Positions 26,370 through 37,637 of a stretch of 64,000 nt of DNA are shown here, one piece after another. A program made the translations under genes and the position numbers. The DNA is taken from positions 18,662,001 to 18,726,000 of the forward strand of contig OZ193909.1 in NCBI GenBank assembly GCA_964276515.1, written 5' to 3'. Source of the stretch: Gordius albopunctatus (Eukaryota). The notes beneath the pieces were generated by a model that worked only from the letters and a program-made list of their open reading frames with translations, made no database searches and was not told where the DNA came from. The first letter of the stretch is position 1, and each line of letters begins with the position of its first letter.

Positions 26370-28451
26370 TGTGGTATACGTGTATACCATGTGTATACCA
26401 TACCACGTTTTAGTATACCACGTTTTAATGTCCGCGGTATACTTTGGTACCAATTAGGCTTCGTCAGGAAGTGCTAAAAATATTACATCAGGGACACTGT
26501 GGGATAGTTAAAATGAAAGGCTTAGCCAGACAATACGTCCGGTGGCCGCAATTAGCTAAAGATATCCAAAAATTTGTAAGGCAGTGTGAGCTTTGTAAGC
26601 TTGATGCACCGATGCCTTGTAGGAATAAAAATCTAGGTGGCCTCGTCTTAAATTTTCGTGGTAGCGTATACACATAGATTTTTTTGAATTAGATATAAAA
26701 AAACGATACATCTTAATTGCAGATGCGTTTTCCGGTTGGACGGAATTTAAAATTATATCAAATATATCTAGTAGAGTAACAATTCCAATTTTAAAGGAAT
26801 TGATAGGGAATTATGGGTTTCCAGAAATAATTGTTACGGAAAATGGTAAAGCTTTTGTTAGCAATGATTTCAAACAATTTTGTTTAAAATATAAATTAAC
26901 CATATTTTAACTCCACCGTACCATCCAAGCTCTAATGGGCAGGTAGAAAGGTATGTAGGTATTGTTAAAAAATGGTTGAACATAGCTAAAGTAACGAAGG
27001 ACGGTACGTGGTTGTTTAAACTCTATCACAATACGTCATCATGGTATCCTAATCGTGCGCCAGTTAGCTATGAGTTTTTAAATCGTAAATTAAGGTACCC
27101 ACCCGATTTTTTAAAGTTCACTGAGCACCAAACATTGCCCAGTATTAGTGTGCCAAAGTTTACGGTAAACCAAAGAGTTTGGTATCGAAACTATTTGGGT
27201 AGACCTAAATAGGTGTTAGGTGTAATTATTGAACAATTAGGGACAAAAGTCCATAAAGTTAAGGACTTAAATGAAAATAGATTTGAAATTAGGCACGTGG
27301 AACAATAAAAATTGTTTGATTCTATATAATTATGTTCAACGTTTATTTCTATTTAGATGAGGATAAATGCAGCATGATGCGACGTGGAGTTGGAAGTGAC
27401 ATCCACGGCATCTAGGAACGAAAGGGTTCCGGTATTCATTTTAATAAAAGTGGAAACGGACGGGAGGTCAAGGCTATTAAACTTGACGCACTCTCTGGGT
27501 CCGCTAGGCCAGGTCGGGAGATCGTACACACAACGCCCAAGATCTCCAAGACGAACAAGACAGGAGGGAGCTGCGGTCAGAAGAAACAGAGATAAGAGCG
27601 CGGAGCAACGACGGAATGTGTCGGGAAATCAACCGTTGCTTCGGCCTCCAATTTTGAAGAGAAAGAATTGTTGGGGGTGTAAAGCCAAACACTTGCCCCC
27701 AATCGTCTTCATAAGGAAAACCAGTTTGGGAAAGGTTACTCAACCCAAAGATGTCTTTGGACAGTCCCGGACCTTAGATTTCTCAATAAAAGGGAAAGGT
27801 GTGGTATACGTGTATACCACGTTACTAAGTTTTAGTATACTACGTTTTAATGTCCGCGGTATACTTTGTTCTTACTTAGATTTGTTTTATTAATTGTAAC
27901 ATAAAAGGATTAAAGAACGGTTCTGCAATCCTTATAATTAAAAAAAGGAATTGGTCAAAGGAAGGCACTTTTACCACGGGTTAACCTAGACGCGGAAGTG
28001 GCTAAGTTTCTTTGACGCTCGTTTTTTTAATTACTTTTTCTTTTTATTTTTAACATCTGGTATTCCGTGCTCAGCCCCGTATAAAGATTTCCAGTACATT
28101 GCTCGTTCAATCAAGCCCACCACCCAGGGAACATTCAACGGCTTTAAAAGCGAGATCTCACATCAATATTTCAGTCCTTGGAAATTTTCCGAAATCTTTG
28201 TACTTTTCCTAAAACCATTGTAATTGTCCCTAATCCCTAAGTTTTCCCCCATTTATTGTAATTTTTCTGAATATAATAACTTCCCTTCGCAAATCATTTT
28301 AATTGTAAATTCCCCTTTTGTTGTTGTACATAATTATTCGTATAAATTATTTCGTCTGTAGTTAGTTATTCGTGTTAATAAAGTAAATTCGAATTTTTAT
28401 TGATAAAGTATTTAACTCCTTCGCGCCGCCTATTTCCGCCAGCTATTTTAG
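26370..28451 (+). mobile_element. Internally deleted Ty3/Gypsy LTR retrotransposon with an extra 3' ORF
   Basis: LTR start tgtggtatacgtgtatacca at 26370 and at 27800 (after PPT aaaagggaaagg). Integrase remnants HQGHCG...C..C, PPYHPSSNGQVER, VWYRNY. The gaca sequence is duplicated at the flanks; the right end is uncertain. Confidence 0.8.
27357..27799 (+). pseudogene. Gypsy accessory ORF (Arg-rich, CCHC-like knuckle) behind a splice acceptor
   Basis: tttatttctatttag|ATG, one TGA at codon 7, CWGCKAKHLPPI; homologous to 54647-55327. Confidence 0.6.
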
Positions 28452-28657
28452 GACATTAAAAAAATTCAAAACACGGGAAGATATTACACTATTCATCAAA
28501 TATATTCAATTTAAGTTTAGTCTGATGATTGTAATTGTTTATATATTGTTTCAAAATCAATACATTTGCGATTGGAGATTTATATATTGAATCATAATAA
28601 ATCTTATTCAAGCTTATCTCTTGTTATCACACACAATTGTTGTACCTCACGATTTAA

Positions 28658-31073
28658 CTTTTTTTCCTATAGCTGTTTGTCACATTTAGTGGTCAGCTCC
28701 TTCAAGTAGGTTCTCCATGTATTCCTACACTTACACCAGCTTCGCTTTAGCTCGTACCTTATAAAGTCCATATTTATTTTATGCTTCCATGTCAGTTTAG
28801 GTCTCCCTCTCTTTCGCTTACCTTCGACTTGCACTTTCTTGATACGATTTGCCAAGTGAATTTCCTCCCGTCTCTCCAAATGGTTTTTTATGCTTAATAA
28901 GCGACAGCGGTAGGAAATAGTCGCTAGAGTGTTAACCCTAGGGAGAAGAGGGAGGGCTAAGTGTTGCTTGCCAATGGGCAATAAAGGGGGAAAAAGTAAG
29001 GGACAAAAGCCAATCAATATTATAATGTGTCGTATACCCTGTAAAGGGCAAAGGGTGGTTGGCAGTAAGACAGTTGTGGGAGTAATAAAAGTTAGTTCAA
29101 ATAGAACATTAGAGATAGACGATAGGATAATGGGATGGAAAGGAGCGGATAGGAAGAAGGGTGACTGTCCAGAAGGTGACAGGCATGGTACTACTTACGC
29201 TAAAGGGTACATATCTTTTCACTTTCACAAAAAGAAAGTGTTGGGGGGAAAGTATTTAGTGTTTCGATCTCGTCTCGGTCTCGAAAACAAAATATCGTCT
29301 CGTCTCGGCAGCGATTATGAAAATCTCGTCTCGTCTAAGTCTAGAAAAATCTCGATCTCGTCTCGACTTTTTAGAAAAAATATCTACGGAATAAAAATTT
29401 CTCCTGTTTTATTAAAATATTAAATAAGTTTTAAAAATTAAAATGGCAAATTTTTTTATTTTTTGATAAACTTTAATACACAAACCTTTTAGAGATTTAG
29501 CGGGACACGACATCTCATTGGCAATATAAAGATATGAATTCATTCAAAAAAATAACATTTTCTATGGAAAGTGCAGACCAAAAAACTATAAATAAATTTG
29601 AAGTATAGAAAATTAAATTTTATTGTTCTAGCACATTATAATATTTCTATCAAATTACTGTGTTTGTCAACTACATAGACTTAGAAAATAATAAGTTCGG
29701 TTATAGTTGACTTAGTTGCACAATTTAGCAAATTGAGACCCTTTATTAACCCTGGCTAAAGCTTCAAAGTAGACCTTAACATATTAAAGGCAAACATTTA
29801 AGTCCATTAGTACCATCATTAATTATAGCCCATAGTGTTTATTACATACTTACTATTTCATTATAAAACAGAAAGTGCGAGTGACTTTTAATGATAATAT
29901 TGTTATTTATAGAATTGTTAACTAGTTGCATATATTAAGACGTTGTAAAAACAACAATAAAAGCAGCATTATTCTAAAATTAAGAACATACGGTTTTAAA
30001 TTTTTAATTAAAGTGCGCATGCTTTAATAATATTCTATTCCATCAGAACTCATTCTAAGCCTAAAATTTTGTAATATTTAATAATTTTATTGATACAAAT
30101 ATGTGATAATGATATTTTAAAATTATTCACATACCCTAAGGGTCAACCATACTTAGATAAATGATTGCCAAATTTAAAGTTTTTTGCAAAAATATATAAT
30201 ATTTACTACACTTAGAAATTTTTAATATCAAATATATTCCATATATATTGATTACACTTAATACCTTAAATGTGAATCATGCAAATAAAAATACACAATA
30301 ATTTCCTAAAATCTAACAATCAATAAAAAGTCGAGATCTCGCCGAAAAAATCTCTTATCGTATCGTCAGCAAAATTCTCGTCTCGATCTCGACAACAAAA
30401 TTCTCCTCTCGATCTTGAATTCATTTTTCAAATTTTCGTCTCGTTTTTCGCATCACTACAAATGGCCATACCATCTCAATCTTATTACCACCAACTTTCT
30501 CTTAATTGGATCTAAATTTAGTTTATCCCTTATGTCTTGATTCATTATATGGTCCTTTTTGCTTATTCATAAAATCAATCTTAACATTCGCATCTCCATT
30601 GTAGCCAAGCTTTGCTCCTCTTTTGCCCTAATTGCCCAGGTTTCCGCTCCATACAATACCGTGGGTACAATAACGGTGTTATATAACCATTCTTTCAATT
30701 TGAGTGGTATGTGCTTATCACATAGGACACCGCTCAACTCCCTGAATTTTAACCAGCCTGCGTTTATTCATGCCTTAATTTCGTTTTCCACACCTCCATC
30801 ACATTGTACCCTAGAACCAAGATATTTAAATACTTTCCTGCTGTTTAAAAATCAGTCATCGATTTTCAGGTGTGTTCCTTTGTATTCATTTCCCGACTCC
30901 AAGCACACATATTCAGTTTTATCTCGGTTGACCCTAAGGCCTTTTCTTTCAATTCCAGCAAAGCCCTTATAGTCAACCGAGATAAAATTGAATATGTATG
31001 CTTGGAGTCGGGGAATCAATACAGAGAAACACACCTGCAAATCGATGACTGGTGTTTAAGCAGCAGAAAAGTA
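28658..31073 (-). mobile_element. 5'-truncated RTE LINE (28658-28883 plus 30459-30960) interrupted by insertions, with an inverted duplication at its 5' end
   Basis: RT C-terminal motifs (GLRVNRDKTEY, FKYLG, YGAETW, LRWYGH); caaatgg is duplicated at 28877-28883 and 30459-30465. Confidence 0.82.
29257..30458. mobile_element. Non-autonomous hAT-like element with (tctcg)n subterminal repeats
   Basis: Ends tagtgtttcg ... cgcatcacta; tctcg repeats at both ends; no ORF. Confidence 0.75.
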
Positions 31074-31099
31074 ACTTTAAAAGTTCTAATTAATAAACT

Positions 31100-32923
31100 T
31101 GTAGTGACATCATTTCTTTTCCTAGAAGATCGCACGCTATGACATCGATTGACAGATCTTCCTTGGAACTTATCGATTTAATATGATCTTCTCAGAAGAT
31201 CATAGAGATATTTAAGTCTTCCCAGAATAATAATCATCCTTCATGGAAGCGCATCGATTAATTAAATCTTCCAAGAATATTATCGATTTTTCCAATAATA
31301 ATGATTATGTATTTTATCTAATATATAAAACGCAATGTGTACGCAACACAAAAGAGTCTTGTAAGTTATATAATATCGGCGTTTGAATAAAACAAAGTAA
31401 CAATCATTAAAAAAACGTTACAATTGGTGACCCCTTAGGAGGGGGGGGGCAAAAATTTTTTAAATTTCCACCAACCCACCCCCTCGAGCACTAAATTTTG
31501 GTAATATTTTCGGCACTTAAGGGATCGCATATAAAACGTCACAAATTATTCGTTAAAATCCCTATTCACACAACTATGCCGTACAACAAGTGGAATCATC
31601 ACGCCACCAAGGAACTTATTCAGGACAATTAGGACATACCTGGCAATTAAATGGTAACACAAGACTTGCTATCTCTCACCACCGCCCCATCCATTTCGGA
31701 CAACAATATCCCACCTGTGGAAACTGTAAAACAGGAATCATCTGTATACATAAACCTTCCTGAATTCCACTCGAGGAATATTCAAATATAGATATCCCAA
31801 ATAGACGCTCTTTTTACAACAAGAAGGATAAAATCCCAAAAAGTAAATTATGGGTATTTATTGGTATCCCTCTCTCCGCGGATGTGGCCGAAGAGATATA
31901 GAAAAACTAGGTAATTTGCAATGCATCGCTACTACTACCACCGAATCAATTACTGATGTCAAACAATCTGGGTTATCGTCATAGGCATTTCGCCACCGAA
32001 AAACAACCGTTACATCTACTTGCATGACAGTATACAATGTAACTTTTCGACAGATGAGCTTCCCTACAACATACAACACTGACACACTTTTATCAGTTGG
32101 TTCGTAAACAAAAGTGATATTTTATTTTGCAACATTTTACAAATTAATTACCACTAAATTCAGTTAACTGCAAACAATGGCAATCTCAACAACTTTACCA
32201 GGCCTAACAAATCATTTTTTAGCGCAACTGAAAGCAGCGCACACGGACTTTTTACTCGATTGCACTTTGCTGTCGTACTAAAAAAACGTTCAAATCTTTA
32301 ACCTAACCAACTTATAATTTTATCTCACCTGGTTGGCGAACATATTAACACTCCATTAACACAAATCGTGAACCTTTAATTGATTCCGGAGCTAGGATGC
32401 ATCCAAATAAAATAAAATTCACGACTAATGGCAACAGCTTATTTTATTTGCCAATTACGCAAACACGATACACGCCATCACATTTAACGGAGTGACTAAT
32501 CTACAAATGCTAGGTGAATATTTTTCACGATCAAAAATGCAAATACATCATTTCTTTTCTTTTTTATCGATACATTATCAATGTATCTGGGAAGAGAGTA
32601 TATGTAGTGACATCATTTCTTTTCCTAGAAGATCCCACGCTATGACGTCGATTGACAGATCTTCCTTGGAAATTATCTATTTATTATGATCTTCTCAGAA
32701 GATCATAGAGATATTTAAGTCTTCCCAGAATAATAATCATCCTTCATGGAAGCGCAGCGATTAATTAAATCTTCCAAGAATATTATCGATTTTTCCAATA
32801 ATAATGATTATGTATTTTATCTAATATATAAAACGCAAGGTGTACGCAACACAAAAGAGTCTTGTAAGTTATATAATATCTGCGTTTGAAAAAAACAAAG
32901 TAACTATCATTAAGAACGTTACA
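31100..32923 (+). mobile_element. Internally deleted CsRn1-like Ty3/Gypsy LTR element (1.8 kb)
   Basis: LTRs 31100-31422 and 32603-32923 (TG...CA), 4-bp TSD aact, PBS tggtgacccc, PPT gggaagagag, gag remnant LPEFHSRNIQ..ISQIDALF..RRI. Confidence 0.92.
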
Positions 32924-33246
32924 AACTCCTGCTTATTTCTTAAATATATTAATAAGAAATATATTATGTTAATATCACCATTTCAGGCTTCACTGTATTG
33001 CAGTCTGAAAAATATATATCCCAATATATTTTTACACACTATTTTATCAGAAAATAATAGCATAAAAGTTTGACCTAAAAATTTATTCAGTCAAATCAAA
33101 ATTCAAAAATGACGTTGAACAAGGTTAAACAGATTAACGAATGCAATGAACTGTCGTGGGCGCCCGGGAATTGAAAATTTAAGCAATTCATAAAACTTCG
33201 GTTATTTGTTACTTGGAATAGGGAATATATAGCCTACGCATAATTG

Positions 33247-34330
33247 ATGAACTTAACAGCTGACATCACACCGTATGATTTAGAAACATGCAAAATTTTA
33301 GTTTTAGGAGATTCTGGTTATATACATATCATAAAATACATTATTAATTAGGAGTGGGTAAAACATCATTAACGCATTTACTTTGCTATAATAAAGTTTT
33401 GGAAAATGCAAAATGGACAATTGGGGCAAATGTGGATGTTAAAGTAATAACTAACAACAATCTTTCAAACATTACAGATTCATGTACATAAGGAGGGCAC
33501 TCCAAATGCAAAAAATTATTTTATGGAGCTATGGGATATAGGTGGTGCTACTGCATATAAGAATAACAGACATATCTTCTATCAAAATTTTTATGGTGTC
33601 ATATAAATATATATATATTAACTTGATTTTTAAGGTTTATTTTTGGTTTACGATATTACAAACTATAAGAGTTATTTAAATCTTTCTAAATGGATAGATG
33701 AAGTCAATGACTCTGTGCAACCAAATAAGTAAACTTTTAAACTAATTTTTAAGTTTATAAATTTGTGCCATTTATATAGCATAAAAGGCAACAATTATGA
33801 GTGTTCTTTTAATGTCCCAATTTTATTAATAGCTAATAAATCAGACTCATTATATGCTGGTCAATCTTTTAAAGGAAAAAGACTTAATATTTTAGATGAA
33901 TTAGGGGCAGAAGAAATTAAAATGGTAATAATATTCTAATTTTTATTTTCTATTTTTCATTATGATGTAAGTTTTCTTATTAGCATTTACTTTATTCACT
34001 CTATATAGGCTTAAGTTTATGATTTAATCCTCTAGAATATAAATTAATGGATTTTTATATTGCATCTTATATTTTGTTACATTTATTAACTCCCTTACAA
34101 TCTTTTAGGATTGCAAAACTTCCAAGTATATAGCCCCTGGCCAAACAAATACTGTTCGTTTGAGTAGATTTTTTGACAAAGTACATATATACCATAATTA
34201 TAATTATCATTTTTAATATTTTTAACAATAAATTTTTAAAAAATATTAATTTTAGGTTATAAACAACAAAATGATAAGTGATTCAAATCAACAACATATT
34301 CCTTCGTATCCCAGAAACCTTTACGAATGA
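33247..34330 (+). CDS. RABL3: Rab-like protein 3, 7 exons, 221 aa
   Basis: Exons 33247-33316, 33352-33443, 33478-33595, 33635-33728, 33780-33924, 34109-34180, 34256-34330. Motifs [48 protein letters not shown] and [10 protein letters not shown] are characteristic of RABL3. Confidence 0.95.
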
Positions 34331-34562
34331 CAAATTGCATTTATCATACTATTAATATATGATAGGAATATTAAAACGCGAGAAAATATGCAACTTTTTA
34401 TTTTTTACCTTGTGTTTGCTCTGAAATTTATTAGCCAATCCTCACTAGTATGTCTCTTTTATTATCCTTTTTATTATATCTAAAAATGACTAACAAATCG
34501 ATTTTTTACTACACCCCAGCACCCCCTAACAATTCATGTTAATACTTAGAGGTAGTGATGAT

Positions 34563-35578
34563 TAGAGACCTACTCGAGCGGCCTGAAGCCCGGCCCGAAC
34601 TTTATATTTTGAGGCTTTAAAATTCCGAGACGGGCTGGGCCTAATTCGGGCCTAATTCATAAAAATTAGGCCCTAAATAATTGAGAAATAGTAGTATAAT
34701 TAGTCATTCATTCTTTTAAGTAAAACTTGTTTTTATTAAATGAAACCAGTAACAACTATTAAAATCATATGCGAGGTAAACATTAGAAAATTGATGGTTC
34801 CGATTGTGTTATATTACAATTCTTTCTCAAATTTATTTTGATAATGCTTAATAGGGAACACTAATCTTCAAAAGCATAAATGCTACAGTGGGCAATTAAG
34901 ACAAAAGAAGAGCAAAGGTTGGTTACAATGGAGATGCGAATGTTAAGATGGATCTTGGGAAGCTAAAAGGTCCATATAAAGAAATAAGGGATTAACTAAA
35001 TTTAGTTCCAATTCAGAGAAAGTTGGTGGTAAGAAGATTGAGATGGTATGGCCATTTGGAGAGACGGGAGGAATGTCACCTGGCAAATCGTATCAAGAAA
35101 GTGAAAGTCGAAGGTAAGCGAAAGAGAGGGAGGCCTAAACTGACATCGAAGCATAAAATGGATATGGACTTGAGAAGGTACGAGATAAAGCGAAGCTGGT
35201 GTAAGTGCAGGAATACATCAAGAACCTACTTGGAGGAGCTGACCACTAAGTGTGACAAACAGCTATAGGAAAAAAAAGTTGCAAAGTACCTAATTTTTAA
35301 AAAAAAAGCTTAGTAAGTGTTAGTTAAAGTAGAAAGGCACCCTTTACAAGGGCCACCAGCGAGCGAAATTATTTTACGGCGTGAAGGCTTTAAGAAGAAA
35401 GGCAAACTCGCGTCCTGACGTTTTTCTAAACGGGTAGGGACGGGCCTAAAAAATTCACAGCCGGGCTCGGTCGGGCCTGAAAAATTTACGGAAAGGCCTG
35501 AAGTGTAAAAAAAATTACGGGCGGGCTCGGATGGGTCTTGAAGTTTTCAAAACGGGAACGGCCCGTTGCAGATCTCTA
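34563..35578. mobile_element. hAT-like MITE (tagaga...tctcta) carrying an RTE fragment
   Basis: Termini tagagacct / agatctcta with gcccg/cgggc subterminal repeats; no TSD seen. Confidence 0.5.
34880..35277 (+). mobile_element. RTE-clade LINE 3' fragment
   Basis: EMRMLRWILG...RRLRWYGHLERR...RGRPK, ending in ctatagg-A8; same family as 18072 and 28658. Confidence 0.85.
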
Positions 35579-37637
35579 ATAAACATAGACCGTAAAAATT
35601 CTAGACATATAGAAGGGAGGTTTTTCATCCGTATTTTTAGTGATATAAATTAGTAAATGATGTTCCTTTTTATAGTAGTATAGAACCACCAAATGCGAAG
35701 ACGGTTTTAAGTCTTCTTCTAACCCATTCCTGGCAATCCTTGAGATTATCTCTTGAACAATTTATGATGTTATTGTATTTTAAAATTAGTGTCAAGCCTT
35801 CAACTATACCTTATTTTATTATAAACATTCATGAATGTTTAAGAGGGCTACTCCATCTTGACTCAAGTATGCCATAATTAATTTTCTTCCTACATTGGTC
35901 GAGATAGGTATATACAAGACCAAATAAGATTTGCGCTTTTATTCAGTAAGGGCGAAAACGTTATATATTTGCTATAATTTTTGAAACCCATAATAAAAAA
36001 AATAGGTATAAATTTAGCAAAATTAGTCTCTAATTTAAAAACTGCACTAGATGGCACATAAACTAGAGTTATTATTATTTGATTCACAGTTACCACTCGT
36101 CTTATTTTCTACTTAACCTGGAACCGTTTTATACCCTTATTTCAATATTAAATAAAAAACATATTTTTCCATATATGTCAATTTTTCGACTCCGTTTTTG
36201 CCACTTTTTAAAATGTATAGATCGAAGAAACTAATCAACAAAGAAATTTATTAAAACTCTAATGGGTGAAACAAATAAAGAGGAAAAACACTTTGGCCCT
36301 AGCTTGATTTGATTTATATTAAACTATCATTTACTCCCTATATTATTATATTTAAAATCGCCCCAGACTTTTGGTCTCCACTTTCCTGTTCCCTCTTATA
36401 TGCAAACAGCATTGGGATTAGAGGGAGGGCAAAAATGATCATTTTTTGAAATCCTGGCTACGCCCATGGCAAACATGCTTATCAAAGCTTAAATATACGC
36501 AACTTAATACCCAAGTGAACTAATGGTTGATTAAGTATATTTTCGCGAAATTGCCTAAGTAAATAATTCGCGAAAACTATAAAGCGAAAAGAATATTTCT
36601 ACAATAAGGGCAAAAACTTTGACCATAGTGCTTGAAAAATACATTTAGTAATAAAAATTAAATATTTCTGTTTAAATATACTATAAAGAAAATAATCATA
36701 ACAAAAAGAAACACAATATATTTCTTATCGATATATTTAAGAAATAATCAGGAGTTTATTTATTACAACTCTTAGAATTAAATCGTAAGGTACAACAATT
36801 GAGTGTGTGATAACAAGAGATAAGGTTGAATAAGTTTCCAAATAAATTGATTTTGAAGGGTTATATAATGAAATACAATCATCGGACTAATCTTGATTCA
36901 ATATACGTATTTGACGAATTGTGTAATAGCTTCCCCGCGTTTAACATATTTTTATTATCGCTAAAAAGATCGCCTCTTAGCTTTTTTTGGCGTCGATAGA
37001 GCATGTGTAAATATACATTTGAGCTTACATCTATAGGTGGTGACATTTTCATATTGATTATTAGTTGCAATTTTTTATTTTTAATAAGTTTTTTCAACGG
37101 CCCAATCTTTATTCTTAAAGCTGACATTCTCGTTTGGTCTGGGTTATTGAAATTGATAAAGGAGCCCTTACGAATAAATTTATTTCTGTTATTGCCACTT
37201 TCAGGTATTTTTAGGAATATTTTAAGCATACTATCATTTATATGCTTTACTTGTCCCATCCTCATGTATAAACAAGCTTCACTAATGGGCATATTATAAT
37301 CTTGTAATTGTATTTCTACGTGGTACTTATTTTCAACCCGTTTTGTAACGCTGCCTATAATACATGAGTTATTCAATATTTATCATACCTGTAAACACTT
37401 TAGCCCGATCAAATTTAGATAGCTTTCTTAATTGTTTAGCTCTTTCAGTAATGGGATAATTTGTATTTAAAAGACTAGAAAGAGAATTATTCTTAGAATA
37501 ATACAAATTTTTTAAGATTTCCGTTTCTTCGTTGTTCTTTAAGTCATTATTCTGTGTGTAAACATATTTTATTTTATTTTTCTTTACGTACACAATTGAA
37601 CTATTTTTATTACAAACCTGGGATGATTGATACATAG

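Larger units (their letters stand above)
25650..28655 (+). pseudogene. Pseudogene paralog of the unknown secreted-protein gene at 36879-40742, split by a Gypsy insertion (26370-28451)
   Basis: Colinear similarity (SQVCNK, ITERA, DRAKVFTG, ISEACLY.RMGQ, LRGDLF) at 25650-26369; it resumes at 28452 and includes a homologous 3' UTR. Multiple stops. Confidence 0.75.

Noticed and set aside
35640..36130. Minus-strand coding-like fragments
   Set aside because: Multiple stops and no recognisable homology or consistent splice model.
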